This document shows, piece after piece, positions 51,733-64,000 of a stretch of DNA of 64,000 nucleotides; positions within the stretch are counted from its first letter, which is position 1; every line of letters starts with the position of its first letter. The position numbers and the translations under genes were made by a program. Under the pieces are notes generated by a model that saw only the letters and a program-made list of their open reading frames with translations, did not search any database and was not told the origin of the DNA. The stretch lies in assembly GCF_006345805.1 (NCBI RefSeq), contig NC_042999.1:29016001-29080000 (forward strand), read 5' to 3'. The DNA is from Octopus sinensis (lineage: Eukaryota).

Positions 51733-54347
51733 GGAAATCGAAAGGAACAATTACAATGTAGCCAAATGTTGCTTAAGGAGATAATCCCGGGATAAGTCTT
51801 ATGTATTAGAAAATATTAAAATATAAAAAGGATACGAACAATCGGGAAATGGTAGAAATGGATTATGAGATCAAATGAAATGGGAACTGGATCTCGATTT
51901 AGTTGAAATCAAATTTCTGAAAGCGATTGAGGAGAAATTTAAAGTCAATTGAGAATCCAATTTATTCAAGCATGCTATGAATTCATGAAATATTTAAAAA
52001 AACCTTCCTGAATTTCAAAATTAACCTTCATCGAATAAATGCTTCCTACTTGCTGTTCAACTTAGTAGGTGACGATTCGTGATTTACGATTATATATTAT
52101 GGATTAATTCAATGATTAAGTGTTTAGAATTTTAACAAATAGTTTCATTACTCTAACAAGAGAAGGGATATCTTAGGGACAAATTGCAACAACGGTGAAT
52201 CTTTTTACATACAATCGATAACGATCGAACCTCTTATAGAATAAAAAAACAGGAAAAAAATAAAATGAGAAATATGACAACCCATTGTGCTTTTCATATA
52301 TTCTCTATCTAGGGACAATGCCTATACAGATTGCTATATGTCTCTCTTAAATATATTCTCCGGATTACAAATGTATAAAGACGGACATGAGATAACTATA
52401 ATCTAACGTGCCAGAACGGTTACTAAAAACCGTGCTCCAGATGCATATGCTTCCGTATTATTAAGGAAACTGGTGAGAAATTATTTAAAGACAAGATATT
52501 TGTCTTCATTTGTGCCAAACATACTCAATTCTCGGACGACAGCTATTAGACAGTCGGCAAAAATGTCTAATAACTGATAACAAAAATTGCCCCGAATGAG
52601 AAAAATGTTTTATTGAATTTACCTAGCCTGCAAAATTATGCATTTTTCTTTATATGACCTTACAAGAATTCTCACACATTTGGTCAGAATTATTCGCGTC
52701 TTAACCACCAGCCTTATGCGTGAAATAGGCTGTATATAGTATCCAAAGTGCTTGTTTACTTTTCTGCAAAACTGGGCACTCTTACACACATATTACATCT
52801 CTCTCTAAAGTATGAAACCTCTTCATTTACTTACAGATTTGGAGTATAATGTAACAAAAGTTACATGCATGCAGTGCACGTTTCTCATAAAAAATATCAT
52901 ATCATTAGTCAAACATTCAACTAGATTTTGAATTCTTACAGCAATAATCTATTTTGCTGTATGGCATCAGTTAACAAACAGCTAATATGAACCTTCAGTG
53001 GTTTAATGAAAGCAGCTTTTTCTGTCTTAAGAAACGAATACAAATGAGACTATTACTTACTGGGCTCCCGAGAATCTTGTGACGAGCAGGAAACAAGAAA
53101 AATAATGACTAATTTTGTTCCAATAAGATGTATTTCACATTAATATAACCTAGTAGCTTGTATTGTTTACATTTTTTCGCCAAAAATACATGTCTAAGGA
53201 ATATTAGAATTATGTAATTCTTCTATATTTCTAGTTGGAATTTACCATCATACTGTTGCTAACACTAAAAGCTGCGTTAGCAACAAAAAAGACACAATAA
53301 CGATCTTATTAATTTTGAGCAGGAATATATCTGCATTTGCTTTACGAATATTATTTTTATATTTTAAGAGAGGAATAAAGGAAAACAGACGTCATGACAT
53401 CACTTGCATCTGTAAACTTACATCAAATAATTTGCAACCGATAGACTTAATTTATACACATACAATACTTATGTTTATTTAATAGATATTTCTAGCAGAA
53501 ATATTCTGTATTTCATTAAACAAAAAATTTCTTTTTCTTTTGAGTATGAATGACACTTCCACTGCTGTATTCATTGAGGCATTATATAACAGTACTCTTT
53601 ACCTAATCAGGTAAAGTTAAATACTAAATATTTATTGGCCATTTAGTGTATGCACAATTATACTCAGGTGAAATAAATTGAAATGAATTTATCTCACATG
53701 AACGTGTATTTGTACAGACAAGCTTAAATATTTGAAATACGCACTTCGGTAATTTTCTGTTCCTTCTGCATTTTAAAACACTGAATATTAATTTAAATTT
53801 AAAGTTTAATTTAAAGTTGTGTGGCTTTTAAATATTTTCTTGGCAATGATAGGCAGTAACATTTTTATTCCCTGAAAGGAAACAGTGTTCAGCTATTGCT
53901 AATTTTTCTAAATTTATTGAGCCATACGTCGTATGTTAGATACAATAACTGTGAGAACATAACATATCTAATAAAACATCATTTTTTATTCTTATCCGAT
54001 AACAATATTTTAATAAATTGTTTACACATTCACAATTCACATTCAATCAGCACTTATCATTTATTATTTTGCATTACAATATATTGTGAATAAAGATTAT
54101 AATATATGTTTAATCCATTGCATAATTGAGTTTAATTAAAGTAGATTCTTTTACCATATCCCCCGAGGAATTTATAGCATTTACTTAAATAATAAGATAT
54201 ATTCTTTACGTTATATACCCTTGAATATAATGGATATTAAAAACAAGCATTCTTTTAGAGGGAATGAATATTTACAAAACATATATGAAAGTATAGAATT
54301 TCAATTCTTCGTAAAGATTTACCAACTGTTGGCTTTTTTATTTTTTC

Positions 54348-54480
54348 GCTAAACAACCACATGGTTCCGGGTTCAGTCCCACTGCGTGGCATCTTGGGCA
54401 AGTGTCTTCTGCTAAAGCCCCGGCCGACCAATGCCTTGTGAGTGGATTTGGTAGACGGAAACTGAAAGAAGCCTGTCGGA

Positions 54481-54533
<53 letters not shown>

Positions 54534-54767
54534 TTGTGTGTCTGTATGTTTGTCCCCCTAGCATTGCTTGACAACCGATGCTGGTGTGTTTACGTCCCCG
54601 TCACTTAGCGGTTCGGCAAAAGAGACCGATAGAATAAGTACTGGGCTTACAAAGAATAAGTCCCGGGGACGATTTGCTCGACTAAAGGCGGTGCTCCAGC
54701 ATGGCCGCAGTCAAATGACTGAAACAAGTAAAAGAGTAAAGAGTAAAGAGTAAAGAGTAAAGAGTAA
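54348..54767 (+). mobile_element. SINE family A, 5' truncated, young
   Basis: Nearly identical to 1965-2346; the tail has an expanded (AAGAGTA)n. Confidence 0.85.
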
Positions 54768-54784
54768 CTGTACCATAGATAATA

Positions 54785-56330
54785 CTAACAATACATCCCG
54801 GCGTTGCCCGGCTCTTATGACCTACAATCACATTGTATTATTTGTTTCATTTTTATGAGCAGAATCAGATCACGTGGAGTGTGAAGCAACCCGTTCTTCT
54901 TTATAAACATGTTCTTCGGTCATTTTGTGATGAACAATGCTGAAATTGTCGACAACAAAAACATGTCGGCTGGCAGCTTAGATTAGAATGAAATCCTAAC
55001 ATTGCCACACGAAAATGACCTGGACTTACAGCTTTAAGTAATTAGATGACGTATTGCAGAATGTAAGGTACATGGAAAGAATGATGCATCATTGTGAAAA
55101 GCATTATCTCTGTAATATCGAACAGACTTCACACTTCAACGCATGTTAAGTGAAGCCGGCAATACTTCTGGGTAAACTATGTTTTGCGTTAGACCTGTGT
55201 TGATAGAAGAAACATACAAGTCATATGTACTGCTAACTGGAGAGCGTGCGGCATATGGTTGTCCTTGAGAAAAAACAGGTTATTTGTAAATTGAGACCCA
55301 CAATTTTTAAAGTTTGACCCTGGGCTTTGTTGACTTTCATAGCGATACGCAATCACGCTGGGTACGGGAGGTGTTTCAACTGAAATGAGACATTTGAAGG
55401 AATAAGAGGTGTGTGTGAAATCTATGCGATCTACCCTCGAGGACAACCTGCAATAATGGTTGCTTGTAGGACATGGCTTGTCACTATATTTACAGGAAAT
55501 GTTGTGCTATTGCATAGACGTGGTGTGTCCAAATTCCTCAAATACATGATAGGTGCACCTTTCTTTGGAAACAATTAATGCGGTGGCAGTCTTATGGGTC
55601 GTAGATATTTGAGAAATTCAACTGGATTCTCAACGGTGGCATGTTCGTCGAAAGTAGTATCATTGGAAACAAACGTTGAAGCTTCACAGGCAGAATCTTC
55701 ATGGATTACATTATAAGCGCTTTCATTCCGAGGTGCTAAAATAGCTCTTTCTGTGAACCATGCCATGTTTTTGAAGTTGTCTTGCAATGTGGGAAATGCC
55801 ATTTCTATAAGCTCGGCTAATGTAGACACCGCGTGCCCACATTGCAAAAGCGCCATTTCCAATTTGTAGAAGCTGATGAAAGAATTTCTCAGCTAAGGGG
55901 TCGTTGTAGAGATTAGCTCGAATATTGTTGCATAATGAAAGCTAACGAACAAACCTCCATAGATTTGTAGACTTCAAACACGCATAGATGTCATATATGA
56001 CAGAAATCTCCTGCAAGGACAACAGTTAAGCCCACCCCCATAACGGCAGTATTGTTTCTCATATCCCTTAGTGATATATCTAGGGCTTCTAGCGCACCAC
56101 GGTGCGCCATCGTACATTCAGCCAAACAAGTGTAGTTTAGAGCAGACAGTCCAACGTCGTTGATCGTTTTGAAATAATACGCTTTTGGGCATCGAGGAAT
56201 TGAGTTTCTCGAGCACAAATAGAGGCAGTTTTCTTTGCGGCCTTGTTCCGGCGATAAATAAGAATCCTTTTGTTTTGGTGGCATGTCTGAAAAGAGGAAA
56301 CGATTAAGGGACATAGAAGATGGAAGAAAT
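54785..56330 (-). mobile_element. Helitron relic: PIF1-family helicase fragments and 3' terminus
   Basis: TMAHRGALEALDISLRDM...VVLAGDF (55991-56314), AILAPRN...PVEFL...LPPH (55575-55862), and manually AMKVNKAQGQTLKIVGL (about 55300-55345). The 3' hairpin CCGGGCAACGCCGGG is followed by TTAG|T at 54785. Confidence 0.85.
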
Positions 56331-57929
56331 AGCTATTTGAATTTGTGCGTTGTATAATTTCAATTTTTCATAACAAATGAACACATGTGGAAAAATTCAT
56401 ATGTTAATTTGTTTACCGTTATTATGTGAAGAAGCGGAAAACTGAATAATTTGTGCTTTCTGTATAAGTGTAATGCATTCTGCTAGGTTATATATAGTGG
56501 AATGGATTACTGGCGTAATGGAAATTATTGTTTGTCAAGAAGTAACGGTGTGTGTGTGTAAAATATACATGAAACTGATTTATGTTTATAAGAAGGATCA
56601 AAACCTATGTACTGTTTTATGGCAAAAAATATGGTTAATATGATGTTACGCAGAAAGCATGTTAACAAAATTATAAATTTCTTAATTTTTAACAGCTTTT
56701 CTAATATTGTTTTTTATGTACGTGGAAAAATACAGAAATTACGGATGGGGGCAATATAATTTGTTTTTGAAAATTTAATTTTTCTGAAAGAAATACTGCA
56801 TGACCTTTCCCCACCTCGGCCAACCATCAGCAGGTAGCTTTGGGACGAAATGCAAATCCCCTGTAAGGGAAACATAGGAATGTGAGGAAAGAGAAATGTG
56901 GGGGTAGGGGTACGCAAATGTCTTCTCGCACATACTAGAAACAGGATTTCTGGGATAACTTCCCTGTAAGTTTAAATGTAGGATCAGGTTTTGAAATAGG
57001 TTCATCACGCACAGAAATGACAGAATAGGAAAATAATTTACATAGGATTTGAGCTGTAATTTAGCGCACATCAAAAAATAACATAATTCATACAGAACTC
57101 TGTGTGTGTGTGCCAAAGGAAGTTACATTTGCATACCTTTCTAATTCCAGAAGTAGGAACTGTAGTGAAGTTTGACAGCATGAGAAAGTGAAAGAGAAAG
57201 ATAATGCATCATTCTATACACGCTTGAAACATGGAACGAAAGTGAAAATGACCTTAAAATTGTTCGACACGATCCCATTTCTGGTGTTCACTTCCGATCT
57301 CCCCTTCTCTTTGTGATGGCTTTCTTTCCCCTTCACCTATAGAACATATAGCATCAATTGTGCGGTAGGTGCCTCTCACTTTCAATTATAGAGCATACAC
57401 AGGGATGAAGCATCAGTGTCTCTCTCACACCAACTCTCCGTCTTTCAAATTCTCGAAGAGAAATTTGCTTTCTGTCTCTTGTATCTCTGTCATTTTCTCC
57501 TTTTGCATTTCAGTCGGTCATTGCCTCCAGAGTAGAAAGAATATAATAATTCTTTTATGTGTTTCATCCACACGCTATGCCCACGCTGGAACACTGCTAT
57601 TGTAATCACTTTTCAGCGGCCATTCTTATGCGATTGCTTTTTGGTGAAGGAGGGTGTTCAACACAGCTGCCCTCTTTTCAGTTTCTTGCCATTGTGTAGG
57701 CTCATCTGGTACAGCAGGTCATCTAGCTGTTTTTGAAAACATGTATCCCTACTAAATGAAGACCACACAAATGTTTTGGAAAAGCATGAAATACCTGCGG
57801 GTCATGAATCCCAAGCTACTGCAGCACCCACTCTAGACAGATTAACTGCGACCTTTGGAAAAGTACAACAACGTTCAGTTCCGGAGTTAGCATTTATCTT
57901 GATGCCAAAATTTGATGCCGATCACTCCA

Positions 57930-58760
57930 GGATCTTCCATAAATATCAGGTTGAGTAAAATATCCCGCGATATCAACGAAACCAGTGAGTGGTCAGCTCG
58001 AAAATGGTTTAAACGAATTCGCAGTGGACTTGAAGATCTTGAGCGTAGTGAAAACGCATCTGACATCGATGATGGTCAAATAAAGACCACCATTGAGAAA
58101 CATCCACGTAAAACCAGTAGAGAACTGGCAAAATAACTTTAAGTTAGCCAGAAAACAGCTTGCAACAATTTGCATGTTTCGAAAATAAAAATATCCCGAC
58201 AAATGTGTATCACGCGATTTGAATAAAAATCAGAAAATGCGCGGTATGAAATTTGGTCGTCGCTTCTTCTCCGTAACCAGACCGATCCATATCTCGACCG
58301 CATTGTAACTTGTGATGAAAAGTGGATTCTGTACAATAATAAAAAAACGTGCTTCGTTGTAGTTGGACCAAAATGAAGCATCGAAAATCTTCCCTGAAAC
58401 TGAGCTCTTCAAAAAGATGACTATGGTGACTGCTTGGTGGTGTACTGCTGGACGCATTGACTATAACTCCTTGAATTCCAGAAATATATTGTCATGTAAT
58501 TTCAAAATTGAACGAAATACCGCTACTCCTCCGTGCCAGACAAGGCAACAGAAGAGGACCAATCCTTCTTCATGACAATGCTCCACAACACGTTTCCCTA
58601 ATGACGTTCCAGAAGTTGAGGAAACATGAATACGATGTTCTTCCCCTCCCGGCTAATTCTCGAGACCTATCTCTCACCGACAACCAGTTTTTCGTGCACC
58701 AAAATTGTTTCCTGCATTAGAAGGAGTTCAAAAAGTAAACCTACTATGAAAATCTGTTTA
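57930..58760 (+). mobile_element. Decayed mariner transposase (Hsmar1/cecropia-like)
   Basis: KWFKRIRSG..DIDDGQIKTTIEKHPRKTSRELAK, then YLDRIVTCDEKWILYNN, KKMTMVTAWWCTAG, RRGPILLHDNAPQH, and VLPLPANSRDLS (YSPDL-like). Confidence 0.85.
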
Positions 58761-61664
58761 ACGAGTTCAACTCCAGATATTTATGTTACCAGAATAAATT
58801 GACAGGATGTTTTTTAATGAGGTAGAGCCACAATAAAAATAAAAGGAAATTAGTTTTATAATTGGATAGATAGAAAGAAGATCAAATAAATGAATTTTGG
58901 GGTTTAGTGAAATACAAAGCAATGACCACATTCACATATTTATTATTAATTGATATATCAATATCAATGAATTGAATGGTCTTTTTAATGTAACACGAAA
59001 TCGAACTTTTAAACATAAGCTAGTTTCTTAAACTTCATAAACGCGAAATATCATACAAGGCGAAACAGAAACACCTGCATCATTAGAAGAATAAATGAAG
59101 TTTATTGAAGGAATTTCTTTTTACGTCTTATAAGATTGGTTTGAAATTTTAGCACCAGACTAACATTTTCGGAGGAAGTGATGAGTCGATTACATACCAA
59201 TGTCCAATATATCCCGCCAAGCATTTTGCCTGACCTGACAACCATCCTGCCAGATTGCCGCCAACATACCTCTTATAATACTTAGGTTTGTTTTTTTATG
59301 GTATATAATGCAATACACGAAATGGTATAATTAAGTTGCATGCCCATACTAAGATAGACACACACAAACGTATACTAGTATATGTACACATATAGCAAAC
59401 ATCCAAGGACCATGATTTTGTTAAAACATATGTCTCCAAAGAACGTGACATGGATTGAATGCAGAACGAACCATATCCTAAAATCAAAACCAGCCCAGAT
59501 AATTAGTTTTGATTTGATTGCACATCAAAGAATTGCATCGGATAATAAGAGCTTCGATAGAGAGACATTTATTATTGAAATAAAACATCAAATAAATAAT
59601 AGGTGTGCATTTCGTAATCTTACGGAACTGAGTAAATGATGATATCGATAAAAAGAAATTACAAGAATATATGTAAATATATGCTTGTATATATGTATGT
59701 ACATCTCTGAGTGTGTGTGTGTATGTTTATGTATGCATTCGCGTGTGTGTTTGTATGTGTACACATACATATGTCCGTACCGAACTACATGTACGTATAA
59801 ATAGACTAAATAAATGTTTTATTTTACTCTTCTAATCATACATAATAAACCGTCTTTAAAAGATTCCTGCTTTCATATGCGTTCCTTAAATGTGAAAGGA
59901 AGTAGAAATGAATCTGATGATGAATAGCTGAAGAAATCTTGATTTCCCTGTTACAGTGCAAGAGCGATCATGTTTGATCATAGGATAACGGGGAGATGAG
60001 AATGAAAAAGACCGAAATTAATTTGATAAATTTCGACTGGTTAACCTGATTTGAGATTTGTTTTATGTTTTACTTGTCCATAAAGTAAGAACAAAGGATG
60101 GCATCAACTTTTGATCTCATCATTCAATTATTTTACCTTTAACTCTATAGTGTAGTTACATGCGAGCATCTCACTGCTTTACATGTACATAACGTGAGGC
60201 GAATTCGTATCAAACTATCTATAGCTATTAATGTATCTCTTTACGTACGATGCAAATACATAGTGAGTTATTCTTGTGTGTTGAGTGAAACATATTTACA
60301 GAGTCATGTACAGAGATACATAGAGCCAGATATACATTTACATGAATGCACGTGTGTGTTTGTGCTCTGTGTGTGTGTGTGTGTTTAGTTCTGAGTGCGT
60401 ATGAATGAGAGTATTATCTTCCTGTCTATGAATTTACAATACCGAAATCGATATGGGTTCAAAGCTGTCTAGCGTTTTGTTCTACATGCAGTTTATGTTT
60501 CTATAAACGTAAGATAATATACAAGTACTGCTTCATGAAATCTCTGAAGTATCTTTGGCTGTATCGGAAAAATTGAATAAGGGAATGATTTACATGCGTG
60601 CACGTGTTTATATATATAAATACACATATACACAAATGTGTGTGTTTTTGTATAACTCCGAATGTAGCTTGCTGAAAGGAGGGTATTCATGTGTGTGAGA
60701 TCATTTGCACATGATTGTATATATATATTCGTGTTGTGTATACACGTATGGTTGTCTGCACCTATATTAGTGTGTGTGCATTTGTGTAATATATTATCTA
60801 TAATTAAATTCACATTCATGCTTAAAATATATATTACGTAATATTACCCAATCATCTCAGCTTTACCATTCCATATTCAATCATTTCACATTCACCAATT
60901 GCAATATACATTTTTGTCTGTATGGAAATTTATGTCCAAATCTTGCACACACACCGAGAAATACACGGACACTCAGAAGCACATGCACCCGAGCACTCAA
61001 ACGCACAGGTACACATATTTTAGTTGACCTCTTAATACCCGTCGGGCCTTTCGTATTGCAGATTTCTTGTATCAGCAACATAAACATTGATCGTATTAAT
61101 AGCTGAAAATCGTTTATAATATATTCAGACAGCATCAATTATAATTCAGCTCCTTCTTTGTTTATTAGGTATTGGAAACCATATATTTAATGGAATTTTT
61201 ATACGATTCTAATATTTTGCATATTCTTCTAGATTCTTCAGTAGTTAAATCAATTTGTGTGTCTCTTCACGCTTCTACGAAGAATTAAGCTCCTTTCACT
61301 TATGCTACTATATTACTAATTTTATCCCTTCCTTGCATTGCTTTGTATTTCACTAAACCCCCAAATTCATTTATTTGATCTTCTTTCTATCTATCCAATT
61401 ATAAAACTAATTTCCTTTTATTTTTATTGTGGCTCTACCTCATTAAAAAACATCCTGTTAATTCTAAGGAGTTCAATCTTTTTCTGTGAAACTACAATTC
61501 TTCTACCGACATGATATCTCGTTCCATCTAATGATTTCAATTTAATAAGAATTCCCTTCCTCCTCCATCTATGTTAAGAAATCCCATGCGTTCGTGCAGT
61601 TGTAAATTACATTATCTGAACCAAAAAGTTTTGTAATGCAAGAAAAACTCGTGTAGAATGAAAT

Positions 61665-62048
61665 GGTGTGGAAGCACTCCGTCGGTTACGTCGACGAGGG
61701 TTCCGGTTGATCCGATCAACGGAACAGCCTGCTCGTGTAATTAACGTGTAAGTGGCTGAGCACTCCACAGACACGTGTACCCTTAACGTAGTTCTCGGGG
61801 ATATTCAGCGTGACACAGCGAGTGACAAGGCCGGCCCTTCGAAATACAGGTACAACAGAAACAGGAAGTAAGAGTGGGAGAAAGTTGTGGTGAAAGAGTA
61901 CAGCAGGAATCACAACCATCCCCTGCCGGAGCCTCGTGGAGCTTTAGGTGTTTTCGCTCAATAAACACTCACAACGCCCGGTCTGGGAATCGAAACTGCG
62001 ATCCTACGACCGCGAGTCCACTGCCCTAACCACTGGGCCATTGCGCCT
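61665..62048 (-). mobile_element. SINE family C, full-length
   Basis: GGCGCAATGGCCCAGTGGTTAGGGCAGTGGACTCGCGG head, family C body, and a tail ending GTAACCGACGGAGTGCTTCCAC. Confidence 0.85.
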
Positions 62049-64000
62049 CCTTCTGAAATATATATATATGCAATCAATACATGCAGCATGCAATAAATGT
62101 TTAACATATATTAACGGAAACAAATGCCATTTCTAATTTTAGTGCCTTCTATTGTTCGTGTTTATGAGAAAAGTTATTTGTTCTGGAGAAGAGTCCTTGA
62201 TCTAAGATAACATACAAAGATAGCCTTCATATCTTCGAAGCTTTAAAATATGCCCTTTTCAAGAACATCATGGATAAGCAAAAATACCTTCAATACATAT
62301 GTACATTTTAAAAATGAACTGCGTTATAATTATATATTGAAGCGAACTGCAGAGCAAAGAGCATCCATATGTGTGTATGAAAATTATATTTAACATTTTA
62401 AAGAATTTCGTACTAGTCTTAGGCTGGTCTTATTAGCTGCTCTGTGGCACGGGAAAGAAAGCAAGTTAGCAATAGGCATATGAAAGGATATGTGAGTCTT
62501 CATTTTGGCAAACATTATCTTGATGTTTCGATGAGAAAGAATTTCTGACACAAGGCCAAATACCACGATTTACTAATGCTGTTAACAGGAAATAGACATT
62601 TATAGAATAAAGTAAAAACTGCGTATCATCAAACGAGCTAGCGTATCAGATACGATGTGCACATGTAAATAAACAATGACATGAAAATAAGCAACTTTTT
62701 GTGACTTGTATCATTTTGTTTGAACATTTCATTATTTGATTAACATAAAATACTGTGGTGTGATGAATATTTAAGGTTTATCGCTGAGCAGTTTGAACTA
62801 TCATCTGAGGCATAGCTTTCTTGATTACATTTCCTATTCTTTTCCTCATGCTCAAAAACTTATTTTATTTCCAATTCACTCGCAACAACGATCTTCAACT
62901 GATACAAATAAACTAACTTATGGACTACTGTGATCATGGCAAAAATTAACTCGCTAGTCTGACATAAAAGCACCTATACTATACACATTATATTATTGAA
63001 GCGCGACATATGAGCTTTCGTTTAAATATTTTGTAAATCGCATGAAGAGAAAAAATATATTTTGCCGTGTAACTGTAATTAATAATTCTAAATATATACG
63101 CAAAATACGTCTGCTAGCTATCTTTGTCGTTTGGATTACAGCAAAACTTAAATTATATTAGAAAATTCCTACTAACCTTATGATATACAATTGCCCTATT
63201 ACGCTGATTTAGTTTCACTGTCTAACAGATCTAGGATCTCATAAATATTCATTATATATCTGCACGACCTTTGAATCTTCTTTCTATCAGTCTATTTATT
63301 ACTACTAACCCCAAACGCAAATCTGCAACTGACAGAGCAGCATATTAAATCGCATTATTTAAATCTCATACTTGTCTCTCGGTAATGTCACTTACTCTTG
63401 GATGCTGACCTCTCACATCCATCAAAGTTTACATTCAACATATTTAGAAAGCGTCTGTGAAATCGATATTCTTTCGATATCACACAACATAGACTTTCTT
63501 TGCATGTACGTACACAGGCAGGCAAAAACGTATACGTGTATGTATGTATGTATTTTATGAATGTATGTATGCATGTATGTATATATGTATGTAAGGGTGT
63601 ATTAATGTCTTAGAGATTTGTTTTCCGCTGTAGAATTCCAGCTGGTAGCTAACAGGCCACAAAGCCCTTTGATTTAACTCATTCGTAGTTATCTGAATTG
63701 TTTAGTTTATAGATGTATGTATTGCATGTGTAGATAAATTTACATTCATGTATTGCATATGCATATCAATTTAGAATTTAATTGCGTATGCTCAATAACT
63801 AAGGTGCCTATGTTTAAACCAGAATACTTAAACGGAAAGTTGTGCCAATTTTCAATGTAATTCTAATTTATTCCATTTGAAAGAGATAGTAATCACCTCT
63901 GATGCTCTTCCTATGAAAATTTTACCATTTCTCGGATCTTAATGAAAGCTCGTTGTATAGCCTGCACCACTTATCAGAATATGCGCTAATGAAAATCTAT

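Overview
AT-rich, microsatellite-dense eukaryotic DNA that consists largely of transposable elements and their relics. I could not support any host protein-coding exon, rRNA, tRNA gene or CRISPR array. The SINE, Helitron and MITE families look like those of Octopus (coleoid cephalopod); this is from recall, not a search. The main feature is a 6.2-kb apparently full-length two-ORF L1/Tx1-type LINE on the minus strand (10720-16944), embedded in a (GATA)n microsatellite at both ends. It is broken only by small deletions, many in homopolymer runs, so it is a candidate young, GATA-targeting retrotransposon. Also present: three Penelope-like (RT/GIY-YIG) relics, a complete type I hammerhead ribozyme (7272-7325) plus variant or decayed hammerhead motifs, a 431-bp palindrome that carries hammerhead cores and shares about 60 bp with a non-autonomous Helitron, a PIF1-helicase Helitron relic, four mariner relics, a CR1-type 3' end, a piggyBac-like MITE, and many tRNA-derived SINEs with shuffled body and tail modules. 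All alignments and translations beyond the supplied ORF track were done by eye, and boundaries are approximate unless stated.
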